Part shown: positions 1 to 10,023 of the stretch, piece by piece | Position numbering within the stretch: the stretch's first letter is position 1 | Layout: each line of letters begins with the position of its first letter | Program-made: the position numbers and the translations under genes | Assembly: GCA_007134055.1 (NCBI GenBank) | Contig: SLLM01000212.1 | Location: forward strand, 1-47,295 | DNA: 47,295 bases | Source: Ectothiorhodospiraceae bacterium | Lineage (GTDB): Bacteria; Pseudomonadota; Gammaproteobacteria; Nitrococcales; Aquisalimonadaceae | Direction: 5' to 3' | Notes under the pieces: generated by a model | Told to the model about the DNA's origin: nothing | Databases searched by the model: none | What the model saw: only the letters and a program-made list of their open reading frames with translations

Positions 1-2
1 GA

Positions 3-794
3 CTCTCCGGAACCTCGATGGCGGCACCCATGGTGGCCGGCGCGGCGGCATTGCGGCTGTCCCTGGAACCGGATCTCCGCCCGCGGGACCTGCGGGAGAT
101 CCTGGTCAGCACCGCTGTCGCCGATCCGGCCTGGACCGGCCTGGTGCTGGCCGGGGGGCGACTGGATGCGGCTGCCACGGTTACCGCCGATCTGCAGGGT
201 CTCCCGCCCATGCCCGCCTCCCACCTGGAGGCCAGGGAACGCAGCAATGCAACGGTAGAGCTCCAGTGGCTGGACAACTCCTCCATCAACAGCGGCTACG
301 TGGTCGAGCGGCGGCTGGGTGAAGGGGCCTGGGAGGACATCTCCGGAACCCTGCCGGCGGACTCCGAGTCCTTCGTCGACGCACAGGCACAGTTGCCGGG
401 CTCCGGCTTCCTCGGCTACCGGGTGGTGGCCCTGGGAGGGGCGGATGCCGATTGCTGTATCTCGGCGGTGGTCGTCGTGAACGAAGTAGCCACGGGGGGC
501 TCCGGCGTAAGCGGGATCGCCGGCAGTGGTGGCAGCAGCAACCCCTGTTTCATCGCCACCGCTGCCTACGGCACACCGCTGAGCGCGGAAGTCCAGTCGC
601 TGCGGGATTTCCGCGAACAGCACCTGCGCGGCACTGCCGTCGGACGCTGGTTCATCCGCAGCTACGAACGGCACAGCCCGCCGATTGCCGGCTACATCGC
701 CGAACGCCCACGCCTGCGCGCCGCGGTACGCGTCGCCCTGCGCCCCTGGATCTGGCTGGCACGTCGCCTCACGCAGGAGGCATCCGGAAACTAA
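3..794 (+). CDS. S8 (subtilisin-like) serine protease, C-terminal part, with FN3-like domain and CFI-box C-terminal domain; 5' end lies outside the window
   Basis: Frame is open from the window edge and reads LSGTSMAAPMVAGAAAL (subtilase catalytic Ser motif). FN3-like LQWLDNS..GYVVERR follows, then a Gly/Ser linker and CFIATAAYG...LRDFRE...FIRSYERHSPPIA. Confidence 0.88.
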   Translation, partial: LSGTSMAAPMVAGAAALRLSLEPDLRPRDLREILVSTAVADPAWTGLVLAGGRLDAAATVTADLQGLPPMPASHLEARERSNATVELQWLDNSSINSGYVVERRLGEGAWEDISGTLPADSESFVDAQAQLPGSGFLGYRVVALGGADADCCISAVVVVNEVATGGSGVSGIAGSGGSSNPCFIATAAYGTPLSAEVQSLRDFREQHLRGTAVGRWFIRSYERHSPPIAGYIAERPRLRAAVRVALRPWIWLARRLTQEASGN

Positions 795-856
795 CTTTCC
801 GGCCGGGCCACAACCCGGGTGCTCGGGGCATGCGCGCCGTGGGGGCATGGTTGGCG

Positions 857-1789
857 TCAGGGGATGAACAGGGACACCACCACCGAGACGGTCACCACCG
901 ACACCAGCGTGGACATGAAAATCACCGTCGATGCCTGCGCCACCTGTACGTCGTAGCGCTGTGCAAGCACATATACATTGGCCGCGACCGGCAGCGCAGC
1001 CTGGATTACCAGTACCGCCACCCAGAGCGCCGGCAGCCCCAGCAGCGCGGCCATGCCCCAGACCAGTAGCGGATGCGCCACCAGCTTCAGGCACATGAGG
1101 AAGCTGGTGCGGCCGAGCTCGTGCCCCAGGCTCCGACCGGCCAGCGTGGCGCCCAGCGCGAACAGCGCCGCCGGCGCTGCCGCCGCTCCCAGCAGGCCGA
1201 GGTAGGAATCCACGGGGCCGGGCAGGCTCCAGTCCGTAACCCCGATGAGCACGCCGGCAACACTGGCAAGTATGATGGGGTTGCGCACCACGCCGCCGGC
1301 CACGGTCCGCACCACTGGCCAGAGACCGCCGCCTCGCCCCTGGTCCGATTCGATCACCGCCGTGGCGATGCCGACCATGATGATGGTATCGATCATGACC
1401 ACCACCACCGCCGGCAATATCGCCTCGCTGCCGAAGGCCACGATCACCAGCGGCAGGCCGACATAACCGACGTTGGAGAACACCGTGGACAGCCCCTGGA
1501 TGGCCCGCTCGGCAGCGCCACCCCCGAACAGCTTGCCAGCCGCGACGTAGGTGAACATGAACAGCACAAGGCTGGGAATCAGCCACGCCAGCAGCAGCCG
1601 GAAGTTGGTGATCTGGTCGACCGGAGAGTCGGCAATGCTCACCAGCAGTAGTGCCGGCAGGGCGAAATAGAAGACGAAAACGCTCAGACCGCTGATCGCC
1701 GCAGTCGACAGGAGGCGCGTCTGCCCGGCTGCGTAGCCGGTGAAGATCAGGGCAAAGAACGGCAGCGCGATGGTGATTACCGCCTGCAC
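857..1789 (-). CDS. AEC (auxin efflux carrier) family transporter
   Basis: About 10 hydrophobic segments; FVFYFALPALL, FSNVGYVGLP, NPIILA and KLVAHP motifs. Confidence 0.9.
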   Translation of the reverse strand: MQAVITIALPFFALIFTGYAAGQTRLLSTAAISGLSVFVFYFALPALLLVSIADSPVDQITNFRLLLAWLIPSLVLFMFTYVAAGKLFGGGAAERAIQGLSTVFSNVGYVGLPLVIVAFGSEAILPAVVVVMIDTIIMVGIATAVIESDQGRGGGLWPVVRTVAGGVVRNPIILASVAGVLIGVTDWSLPGPVDSYLGLLGAAAAPAALFALGATLAGRSLGHELGRTSFLMCLKLVAHPLLVWGMAALLGLPALWVAVLVIQAALPVAANVYVLAQRYDVQVAQASTVIFMSTLVSVVTVSVVVSLFIP

Positions 1790-1840
1790 GGGGGTCTCCA
1801 GTCCGGCATCGACCGGCCTGCTGCGCTGACGGTGATCGTG

Positions 1841-2506
1841 CTACTCGCCGCTTGCGGCGCTCGCCGTGGCGGCGACGGGTTCATCCAGATCGCCGTTGCG
1901 GTAATGCACGAGCTTCCAGTAGCCGAAGATATTGGCATTGCGGACGCCGACCCGCTGGAAATCCTCCATTTCCGGCAACGACCCCAAATCCATGTCCGGA
2001 CGGAATCCCAGCAGTTTCGACAGTGGCCGCAGGCCCTTTTCAAGGCCGCGCAGTACCGGGTTGGCGGAGGCGAAATGGTTGATGATGAGGATGTCCCCGC
2101 CGGGGACGCAGACGCGGCGCATCTCGCTGATCAGGCGGTCCGGGTGGGGAACCACCGAGGCGACGTACATGGCGACCACGGCGTCGAAGGAATCGTCCGG
2201 GAAATCGAGCTGCTCGGCGTCCATGACCAGCAGCTCCTCTACCTGGGAGAGGGAATCCGCGCGGACCCGCTCCTCCGCCTTCGCAAGCATCTCCGGAGAG
2301 ATATCGATGCCAACCACGCGGCTCTCGGGGTGGTAATAGGGAAGCGACAGCCCCGTACCCACGCCGACCTCGAGCACCCTCTGGCCGGGGCCGATGTCGA
2401 GGGTGCGGATGGCGAGCTTTCTACCTGGATTGAATACGGGGCCGAAGATTCGGTCGTAATGGTTGGCATAGCGCCGGTAGGCATTGCGTATTGAATCCAG
2501 ATCCAT
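1841..2506 (-). CDS. Class I SAM methyltransferase, phospholipid N-methyltransferase (PmtA-like)
   Basis: AYRRYANHYDRIFG, VLEVGVGTGLSL, AMYVASVVP and IINHF motifs; ATG at 2506 with an upstream GGAG. Confidence 0.8.
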   Translation of the reverse strand: MDLDSIRNAYRRYANHYDRIFGPVFNPGRKLAIRTLDIGPGQRVLEVGVGTGLSLPYYHPESRVVGIDISPEMLAKAEERVRADSLSQVEELLVMDAEQLDFPDDSFDAVVAMYVASVVPHPDRLISEMRRVCVPGGDILIINHFASANPVLRGLEKGLRPLSKLLGFRPDMDLGSLPEMEDFQRVGVRNANIFGYWKLVHYRNGDLDEPVAATASAASGE

Positions 2507-2637
2507 CCCTACACTCCCCGATACGGAATCATGTCGCCGCACCCGTCCGTTGCAACGGTACACCCCGTGGCGGACCGCGCCACGGGGCACACACTAGCGC
2601 AATGGCGGCCGTTTTGAAACGTTCGCCCGTGGCGCTG

Positions 2638-3906
2638 TCATTCAGCGGACGCCTCCAGAGCCTCGATGAAGACGTCGACGGCGGCATCGATCTGTTCACG
2701 GGTCACGATCAACGGCGGCAGCCAGCGCACGATCTGACCGCCGTAGGCGCCGCAACGGATCAGCACCAGTCCCCGGCGCTCGGCTTCCTTGAGTATGCGC
2801 ATGGCCCGGTCGCCGTCCGGGCGTCCCTCCCGGTCCACCAGCTCCGTACCCAGCATCAGACCCTTGCCCCGCAGGTCGGCAATGGCCGGGTTGGCGGCCT
2901 GCACCTCGGCGAGCCGCTTGCGCAGGTGCGCGCCCTGCTCGGCGGCATTCTCCACAAGCCCCTCCTCCCGGATCACGTCCAGGGTCGCCACGGCGGCGGC
3001 GCAGGCCACGGCATTGCCACCGTAGGTGCCGCCCTGCGAACCGGGCCAGCCCTTCTCCATGATATCCAGGCGGGACGCCAGGGCGGAGACCGGAAAGCCG
3101 CTCGCCATCCCCTTGGCGGTTACGAGGATATCCGGGATCACATCGAAATGATCCAGCCCCCAGTACTTGCCGGTGCGCCCGTTGCCGGTCTGCACCTCGT
3201 CAATGATCAGCAGTATGCCGTGCCGGTCGCAGCGTTCCCGCAATCCCTGCATGAACTCCGTGGTGGCCGGCACGTAGCCGGACTCGCCCTGCACCGGCTC
3301 CACCAGCAAGGCTGCCGTCTCCGCCGGCGAACTCTGGGTGGCGAACAGGTGATCAAGCTCCCGCAGGCAGAAGTCGGTGGCCGTCTTCTCGTCCCAGCCG
3401 TACCGGTAGGTATTGGGGAACGGCGCCACCACGACCCCACCCATCATGGGCTGCACGCCGGCCCGCAGGCCGACGCTGGAGGTGGTTGCCGACAGCGATC
3501 CCATGGTACGGCCGTGGAAGCCTCCCTGGAAGACAACGATGTTCTGTCGGCCCGTGGCCTGCCGCGCCAGGCGGATGGATGCCTCCACCGCCTCGGTACC
3601 GGCATTGGAGTAGAATATCCGGTCGAGTCCCGACGGCAGGAGTGCACCCAGTCGCTCGTTGAGCTCGAGCATCGGCTGATGACGCAGGATCGCCGCCTGG
3701 CCGTGTATGAGCCTGGCAACCTGCTTCTGCGCGGCCTCCACGACCCTGGGATGGCAATGCCCCGTGGAGGTCACTCCGATACCGGAGCTGAAATCCATGT
3801 AGCGGTTGCCCTGCTCGTCGAAGAGGTAGATTCCCTCCCCGTGGGTGGCAACGATACCGCTCGACTGCACCATCAGCGGCGAAATGTGACCCACCTGGTG
3901 AGCCAT
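2638..3906 (-). CDS. Class III PLP-dependent aminotransferase (4-aminobutyrate aminotransferase-like)
   Basis: FHGRT, EPVQGESG, DEVQTGNGRTG, AKGMASG and GGTYGGN motifs; GGAGG RBS. Confidence 0.9.
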   Translation of the reverse strand: MAHQVGHISPLMVQSSGIVATHGEGIYLFDEQGNRYMDFSSGIGVTSTGHCHPRVVEAAQKQVARLIHGQAAILRHQPMLELNERLGALLPSGLDRIFYSNAGTEAVEASIRLARQATGRQNIVVFQGGFHGRTMGSLSATTSSVGLRAGVQPMMGGVVVAPFPNTYRYGWDEKTATDFCLRELDHLFATQSSPAETAALLVEPVQGESGYVPATTEFMQGLRERCDRHGILLIIDEVQTGNGRTGKYWGLDHFDVIPDILVTAKGMASGFPVSALASRLDIMEKGWPGSQGGTYGGNAVACAAAVATLDVIREEGLVENAAEQGAHLRKRLAEVQAANPAIADLRGKGLMLGTELVDREGRPDGDRAMRILKEAERRGLVLIRCGAYGGQIVRWLPPLIVTREQIDAAVDVFIEALEASAE

Positions 3907-4059
3907 GGAGCACCTCCTTGATCCGGAATCTGGAAAGAGACAGAGTCTATACCCCGCGCCGAGGGCGCTTCAAACGCCATTCCCGGCGCGTCGGGGACGT
4001 GAACCGGGACTACCGGGTCCCCGCCGGCTGCCGGGCGACCCTCCGCGCGACGGAACTCC

Positions 4060-5232
4060 CTAGCCAATCGCCGCCAGAACCGCGTCGCCAACATCCGTGG
4101 TCGGGCGCCCGCCAACGCCGTGCGCGCGCAGATCCGCCTCCACGGCATCACGCAAACGAGTGGCCGCTCGCCGGGCCCGGGGATCCTCCTCACCCATCCA
4201 GTCCAGCATCATCGCGGCGGTAAGCAGCATCGCCGTGGGGCCGGCGAGATTCCTGCCGGCAATATCCGGCGCGCTGCCATGGGTGGGCTCGAACATGGGT
4301 GGCTGCCGGCGATCCGAGGGATTGAGGTTGCAGGACGGAGCCACGCCCATCCCCCCGCACAGGACCGCGGCCAGGTCCGTGAGGATGTCACCCTGGAGGT
4401 TGCTGGCCACCACCACGTCGAAGGCCCATGGGGACGTGACAAACTTCATGCAGGCGGCATCGACCAGCTCATGATGGGTGGCGACGGCCGGATACTCCGC
4501 CGCCACCTCGGCGAAGACCTCGGAGTACATCTCGCCCCAGTACTGCAGGGCGTTGCGCTTGGTAATGAGGCACACCTGGGCGCGGGCCGTACCACCGTCG
4601 GGGAGCGGGAATTGGCGGTTACCGCGCTTGCCGGCCTCGCGCTCCGCCCCCCTGGCGACGGCCCGCTCGAAGGCGTGGCGGATGACCCGCTCGGCGCCGG
4701 TGCGGGTAAACACTTCCATCTGCGTCGCCACCTCGCTGGCGGATCCAGGCCGTAGACGCCCGCCCTGTCCCACGTACTCGCCCTCGCTGTTCTCCCGGAT
4801 GACCAGCATGTCCACATCGCGGGCGCGATCGTCGCGGATGTACTGGGGGGCTCCGTCAATCAGCACCGCCGGCCGTTCGCAGGCCCACTGGTCGAACCCC
4901 TTGCGGATAGCCAGCAACGGCTGCAGCGAAACGCCGTCGGGCAGCAGATACCGGTCCGGGGAATCGGCAGGCCCGGGATCTCCCAGGGCGCCAAGCAGGA
5001 TAACGTCATGGGCGCCGAGCTGCTCCCGCCAGTCCGCGGGCATCATCTCACCGTGCCGCCTGTGCCAGTCATGGGAGGGCCAGGGAAACTCCACGAGCTC
5101 CATGTCCGGTCCGCCATGGTCGGCAAGCGCCCGCAGGGCCCGCAGGGCCACGGCCATCACTTCCGGGCCAACCCCGTCCCCGGGCAGCACCGCCACTTTC
5201 CACCGGCTGCGTTTGCGTTCACGATTCCACAT
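4060..5232 (-). CDS. Tartrate/isopropylmalate/isocitrate dehydrogenase family (beta-decarboxylating dehydrogenase)
   Basis: LPGDGVGPEV, IRENSEGEY, NLQGDILTDL and FEPTHGSAPDIAG motifs; start taken at ATG 5232. Confidence 0.88.
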   Translation of the reverse strand: MWNRERKRSRWKVAVLPGDGVGPEVMAVALRALRALADHGGPDMELVEFPWPSHDWHRRHGEMMPADWREQLGAHDVILLGALGDPGPADSPDRYLLPDGVSLQPLLAIRKGFDQWACERPAVLIDGAPQYIRDDRARDVDMLVIRENSEGEYVGQGGRLRPGSASEVATQMEVFTRTGAERVIRHAFERAVARGAEREAGKRGNRQFPLPDGGTARAQVCLITKRNALQYWGEMYSEVFAEVAAEYPAVATHHELVDAACMKFVTSPWAFDVVVASNLQGDILTDLAAVLCGGMGVAPSCNLNPSDRRQPPMFEPTHGSAPDIAGRNLAGPTAMLLTAAMMLDWMGEEDPRARRAATRLRDAVEADLRAHGVGGRPTTDVGDAVLAAIG

Positions 5233-5480
5233 GCCTCTGCTCTCCTCGCTGACTTCAGGGGATGGTAGCGCTCCGGGCCTGTCACTGCTCCCCCGGTGCG
5301 ATGCTCCCACGGGTCGACCGGCCCCGGGCAACCACCCGGCACGCGGGTATTGTCGTGCCTTGCTGCGCTTTTGCAAGCGGCAGCCCGAAGTCACGCGTGC
5401 GTGACTCCGGGCCGGCACGACTGGTAGAATCAGGACCAGTTTGGTACAGATCCGATTCACGACCGACCGGAGGTCCACGC

Positions 5481-6032
5481 ATGTATCAGGTGAGGGGAGA
5501 TCCCGTCGTGTTCAGTCGCGACTGTGACGCCGTGGTCATACCCGCCGGTGATACCGGAACGATTCCCCAGGGGGCGGAAGGAGTGCTCACCCAGGCCCTC
5601 GGCGGCAGCTACACCGTCTACATACAGGGCAATCTGTTCCGCATAGCGGGACGCGACGGGGACGCCATCGGCCAGGAGGTGGTCAAGCCCCCGGAGCTGC
5701 CGGATGATGCATCGGACCAGGACGTGGAGCAGCTTGTCTGGGATCAGCTCCATACCTGTTTCGACCCGGAGATCCCCATCGACATCGTCGAGCTGGGGCT
5801 GATCTACCGCTGTGACGTCACCCGGCTTGAGGGTGGCGAGCGGGACGTGGAGATCGACATGACCCTGACGGCCCCCGGTTGCGGCATGGGCGAAGTGCTG
5901 GCTGCAGACGTGCGGGACAAGGTCGAGATCATCCCGACGGTGCGAAGCTGCCGCGTCGACCTGGTATTCGACCCGCCCTGGAGCGCGCACATGATGTCCG
6001 ACGCGGCGAAACTGCAGACCGGGATGCTGTAG
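5481..6032 (+). CDS. sufT: Putative Fe-S cluster assembly protein SufT (DUF59 domain)
   Basis: TQALGGSYTV...LFRIAG N-domain; CFDPEIPIDIVELGL, MTLTAPGCGMG and FDPPW motifs; GGAGG RBS. Confidence 0.9.
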   Translation: MYQVRGDPVVFSRDCDAVVIPAGDTGTIPQGAEGVLTQALGGSYTVYIQGNLFRIAGRDGDAIGQEVVKPPELPDDASDQDVEQLVWDQLHTCFDPEIPIDIVELGLIYRCDVTRLEGGERDVEIDMTLTAPGCGMGEVLAADVRDKVEIIPTVRSCRVDLVFDPPWSAHMMSDAAKLQTGML

Positions 6033-6046
6033 CCGGTCGGTGCGGT

Positions 6047-6643
6047 TCAGGCGCAGGCCAGAGGCAGGCACCTGGGCAGGTCCTGCCGGATCTGTTGCCA
6101 CCAGGCCTCGCCCTCGGCCACGGCCTCCTCCAGCACGCTGGAATAACTGGGCCAGCGCAAGCGCAGGCGGCCTTCGACCTCGCCGGCGTCGTTGTTCAGA
6201 TGCATCCCGAACCTGGCGGCGATTGCCTGCATGGGCCGATTCCCGGAGACGGTGACCAGGTCGAGCCTGCCCAGCGTCCGATTACGGGCAAACGTCACCA
6301 GACGGCCGAACAGTAGCGTTCCGATACCCAGCCCCCGCCAGCGCGACTCGACGCTGAACGCGAGTTCCGCCCGCCTAGGCCACTCGCGTTGCAGCAGGCA
6401 GCATTCGCCCACGCCGCGCAATGCACCGTCAATGAAGGCTCCGTACAGCACCGTGTCGAGGAAGTCCGCAGCGACGCAATGCTGCCTGATTGCGGCGTCG
6501 CTGGTGGTACCGGTAAAACGCAGTCGCCGGTCTTCCCGGTTGAGCCGCAACAGGTGTTCTTCCCAGAGTGACCGCTCCTGGGGCCAGAGGCGGCGCACCA
6601 GCACAGGTTCATCGTTCTCGGAGGACGCAACGGTGGGCTGCAT
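6047..6643 (-). CDS. GNAT family N-acetyltransferase
   Basis: RAELAFSVESRWRGLGIGTLL acetyl-CoA-binding motif; NRPMQAIAARFG. Confidence 0.85.
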   Translation of the reverse strand: MQPTVASSENDEPVLVRRLWPQERSLWEEHLLRLNREDRRLRFTGTTSDAAIRQHCVAADFLDTVLYGAFIDGALRGVGECCLLQREWPRRAELAFSVESRWRGLGIGTLLFGRLVTFARNRTLGRLDLVTVSGNRPMQAIAARFGMHLNNDAGEVEGRLRLRWPSYSSVLEEAVAEGEAWWQQIRQDLPRCLPLACA

Positions 6644-6882
6644 ACGGATAGACCTGTCTGTCTTTCCTTGCCCCGAATATGTCAGTCGGGCATGGACAGA
6701 TCAAGGCCCGAGATGGATCAGGTCCATTGCCGGATGATCATCAATCGTCCAGAACCACACACGGTCAGGTGCTCCGCAAGAGCCGTGTCCTGCGGCCGTG
6801 ACAACTCGGTGATCCGGACCACCGCGGCCATCCGGGAAAGCGCAGGTGCAATTGCGGACACCTCGACAATCAGCTCCCTGCC

Positions 6883-6899
6883 GTTCAGCAAATGTTCAG
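6883..6899 (+). promoter_or_regulatory. PhoP-type (OmpR family) direct-repeat box GTTCAG-N5-GTTCAG
   Basis: Perfect hexamer repeat with 11-bp period upstream of the glycine-zipper/PepSY/PhoPQ-like operon; -10-like TACGCT at 6911. Confidence 0.7.
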
Positions 6900-6952
6900 T
6901 CTTGCGCACGTACGCTGCTCCTGGATGGAACAGGCTGAAGAGGAGTATCGCC

Positions 6953-7477
6953 ATGTCCAGGGGGATTCCGACGTTGATATCCGTCCTCATCGCACTGCTC
7001 CTCGCCGGTCTCGCCGGTCAGGCGCTTGCCGGTGGCAGCTACTACCGCACCGCCCAGGTGGTCGATACCGTGCCGATCTACGAGACGGTCCGCGTATCCG
7101 AGCCAGGCCATGCGTGCCGGGACGAACGGGTGGTCCACCACGAGCCCCGTCGCGGCAGCGCCGCCGGAATCGTGGCCGGAGGCATCATCGGCGGTGTTGT
7201 CGGCAACCAGTTCGGCAAGGGTCGCGGACGCCACGCCGCCACCGTTGCCGGTTCCGTGCTCGGGGCCACCATCGGTGAGCATGCGAGCCGCCGGGATGGC
7301 CGTACCTGGACCTCGACCGAGCGTCATTGCCGGCCGGTCAGTCGCTGGTACGAGGAAGACCGAATCGTCGCTTATCGAGTACAGTACCGCTATCGGGGCG
7401 ATACCTACTGGACAGAGATGCCGCACCGGCCCGGAGACACCATCCGGGTGCGTGTGGATGTAACGCCGGTGCGCTGA
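6953..7477 (+). CDS. Glycine zipper 2TM domain exported protein
   Basis: Signal peptide; GGIIGGVVGNQFGKGRG...AGSVLGATIG; YRVQYRY..PGDTIRVRV tail; GAGGAG RBS. Confidence 0.88.
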   Translation: MSRGIPTLISVLIALLLAGLAGQALAGGSYYRTAQVVDTVPIYETVRVSEPGHACRDERVVHHEPRRGSAAGIVAGGIIGGVVGNQFGKGRGRHAATVAGSVLGATIGEHASRRDGRTWTSTERHCRPVSRWYEEDRIVAYRVQYRYRGDTYWTEMPHRPGDTIRVRVDVTPVR

Positions 7478-7561
7478 CCTCCGGCGCCCGCGAACCGTGG
7501 TGATCTGTCTGCGGCGCCCGCTACCGGGGTTATCCGATCCGTGCCTGGTTCCTCCTCGAAC

Positions 7562-7804
7562 ATGCTGCGCTCGACGATCACCACCCTGCTGCTGGCAGCC
7601 GCCCTGCTGTGTGCGCCGCCGGCAGCCGCCGGGGACCACCTGCTTACCCGGGAACAGGCGGTGGAACTGGTCCAGCAGCGCACCAGCGGCCGGATCCTCG
7701 GGGTGGACACGGCCAACGACGGGGAGTTCCGGGTCCGCGTGCTGGTCCGCCAGGGGGAGGTGCGCGTATTCCGTGTGAATCGGGAGACCGGTCGCGTTCG
7801 TTAA
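7562..7804 (+). CDS. PepSY-domain small exported protein
   Basis: Signal peptide then LTREQAVELVQQRTSGRIL...FRVRVL...VRVFRVNRETG; lies directly upstream of the two-component system. Confidence 0.75.
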   Translation: MLRSTITTLLLAAALLCAPPAAAGDHLLTREQAVELVQQRTSGRILGVDTANDGEFRVRVLVRQGEVRVFRVNRETGRVR

Positions 7805-7853
7805 CCTCCGGCACGGCGTTCCGGGTGCCGGACATCATGGCAATGGGGGCGTC

Positions 7854-8540
7854 ATGCGGCTGCTGGTCGTGGAGGACGAATTGGCATTGCGCGAACAGCT
7901 CTGTCGTCGCCTGACCGCCGAGGGTTTCGTGGTCGACAGCGCCGGCGACGGGGAAACAGGTCTGCACCTGGCCGTGGATTATCCGGTGGATCTGGCAATC
8001 ATCGACCTGGGCCTGCCGGGCCGTTCCGGCCTGGACCTGTTGCGGGAACTCCGTGCCCGGGGAAGCCGCCTGCCGGTGCTCATCCTGACCGCCCGGGATG
8101 GCTGGCAGGACCGGGTCATCGGCCTCGAGAACGGTGCCGACGACTACCTCACCAAACCGTTCCATTTCCAGGAACTGCTGGCGCGCCTGAATGCCTTGCT
8201 GCGCCGGGCCGCCGGCTGGGCGCATCCGGTCCTCGAATTTGGCCCCTATCGCCTGCATACCGCCGGCAAGCAGCTCCACCTTGATGACCAGGAAATACCC
8301 CTCACCGCGTTCGAGTACCGCCTGCTGGAGTACCTGGCGTTCCGGCCCGGGCAGGTGGTCTCGAAACAGGCACTCACCGAGCACCTGTACCCGGACGAGG
8401 AAGACCGGGACAGCAACGTCATCGAGGTGTTCATCCGCCGGCTGCGGCAAAAACTGGATCCGGATGCCGAGCGGCAGCCGATCGTCACCCATCGGGGCCT
8501 GGGCTACAGCCTGCGGCAGCAGGACGACGGGCCGTCATGA
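7854..8540 (+). CDS. phoP: OmpR-family response regulator (PhoP-like)
   Basis: MRLLVVEDE, DLGLPG, GADDYLTKPF and DSNVIEVFIRRLRQKLDP motifs. Confidence 0.85.
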   Translation: MRLLVVEDELALREQLCRRLTAEGFVVDSAGDGETGLHLAVDYPVDLAIIDLGLPGRSGLDLLRELRARGSRLPVLILTARDGWQDRVIGLENGADDYLTKPFHFQELLARLNALLRRAAGWAHPVLEFGPYRLHTAGKQLHLDDQEIPLTAFEYRLLEYLAFRPGQVVSKQALTEHLYPDEEDRDSNVIEVFIRRLRQKLDPDAERQPIVTHRGLGYSLRQQDDGPS

Positions 8541-9883
8541 GCCGGACACCTTCGCTGGGATGGCGGCTGCTGCTAATCTCGGCACTCGCCGCCATGCTGT
8601 TCCTGGGGCTGACAGGTCTTGCCCTGGACCAGGCATACCGCAGCAGCCAGGTGGAAGCCGCACGGGAGCGACTGCAGGGTCACGTCTACACCCTGCTTGC
8701 CGCCGCCCGCCTGGAGGATGGCGTGCTGACCATTCCCGGCGGGCTGCCGGAAGCCCGTTTTCATCAGCCCGGCGGCGGCCTGTACGGGCGCATCCGCGAC
8801 GGCCGCGGCAACCCCTTGTGGCGGTCCGATTCCGCCGTTGGGCTGGACTGGAGCGCCGGAGCGGCCCCCGAACCCGGCGTGCTCTTCCATTCCCGCCTGG
8901 AACTCAACCGGGAGCCGGTTCGCGTGCTGAGCTACGGCCTGCACTGGGAAGAACCGGACAGTGACAGCGGGACTTTCATCGTCGACGTGGCAGAGACCCG
9001 GCTGGAGGGGCAACGGCAGCTCGGCGCATTCCGCCAGACCCTGTGGGGATGGCTCGGCGTCGCCGCCGCCGCAATGCTCCTCACCCAGGCGCTGCTGCAG
9101 CGCTGGGGCCTGGCGCCGTTGCGCCGGGCGGTCAGGGAACTGCAGGAGGTGCGCCGCGGGCGGCAGGAGCGCCTGCGGGACCGGTACCCACGTGAACTCC
9201 TCCCGCTGACGGAGAGCATCAACCGCCTCCTGCGGGCGGAGCGGCGGCGGCGGCAGGCGGTACAGCATGGCCTCGCCGACCTGGCCCACGGCCTGAAGAC
9301 CCCCTTGGCCGTTCTCCGCAGCGCACTCGATGCGGTCGCAGACACCGAAGTGCAGCAGCAGGCGCGGGAGCAGATCGAACGGATGGATGCCAGCGTCCGC
9401 TACCAGCTTGCCCGGGCCGGGCGCAGCCAGGAGCGCATGGGACAGCAGACACCGATACGTCCGGTCGCCGAACGCCTGCTGCGAACCGTTCCGGCCCTGC
9501 GCCAGCCGCTGCCCGAACTCGTCCTGGAATGTCCGGATGAGCTGTGCTTTCCCGGTCCCGAGGAGGAACTGCTGGAACTGCTGGGCAACCTGGTGGAGAA
9601 TGCTGCCCGCTACTGTCGGGGCAGAATCCACGTCACGGTGGCGATGGAAGGGGACGAAACCGGGTTGCGCCTGGAAGTTGCGGACGACGGCCCGGGAATT
9701 CCCGCCGCGTGCCGCGACCGGGTTCTCCTGCGGGGGGAGCGTGCCGACGAGCGGCAGCCGGGCAACGGCATCGGCCTGGCGATCGTCCGGGACCTCGCGG
9801 AGGCGTACGGCGGGCGGCTGACCATCGACGAAGGCCCCCTGCAAGGCACCCGCATCACGCTCGGTATCCCGCTGCCGGCCTGA
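8537..9883 (+). CDS. phoQ: Sensor histidine kinase (PhoQ-like)
   Basis: Two TM segments; DLAHGLKTPLAVL H-box, GNLVENA, DDGPGI and GNGIGLAIV; 4-bp overlap with the regulator. Confidence 0.82.
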   Translation: MSRTPSLGWRLLLISALAAMLFLGLTGLALDQAYRSSQVEAARERLQGHVYTLLAAARLEDGVLTIPGGLPEARFHQPGGGLYGRIRDGRGNPLWRSDSAVGLDWSAGAAPEPGVLFHSRLELNREPVRVLSYGLHWEEPDSDSGTFIVDVAETRLEGQRQLGAFRQTLWGWLGVAAAAMLLTQALLQRWGLAPLRRAVRELQEVRRGRQERLRDRYPRELLPLTESINRLLRAERRRRQAVQHGLADLAHGLKTPLAVLRSALDAVADTEVQQQAREQIERMDASVRYQLARAGRSQERMGQQTPIRPVAERLLRTVPALRQPLPELVLECPDELCFPGPEEELLELLGNLVENAARYCRGRIHVTVAMEGDETGLRLEVADDGPGIPAACRDRVLLRGERADERQPGNGIGLAIVRDLAEAYGGRLTIDEGPLQGTRITLGIPLPA

Positions 9884-10023
9884 AGGGAAGACGGAACCCA
9901 CGGCGGGAAGGCGGGAGACCGGTGCACAGCCGGGAATTCCGCACCGTTTCAATTTGCAGACGGGACGGGCACAATCCGCATGTCCGGCCGGATCGGCGCA
10001 AGCGGCGGAGCATCCTCCTCGGC

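Noticed and set aside
9544-10023. 160-aa N-terminal extension of gshA in the ORF track
   Set aside because: It overlaps the kinase gene in another frame; GshA similarity starts after ATG 10024.
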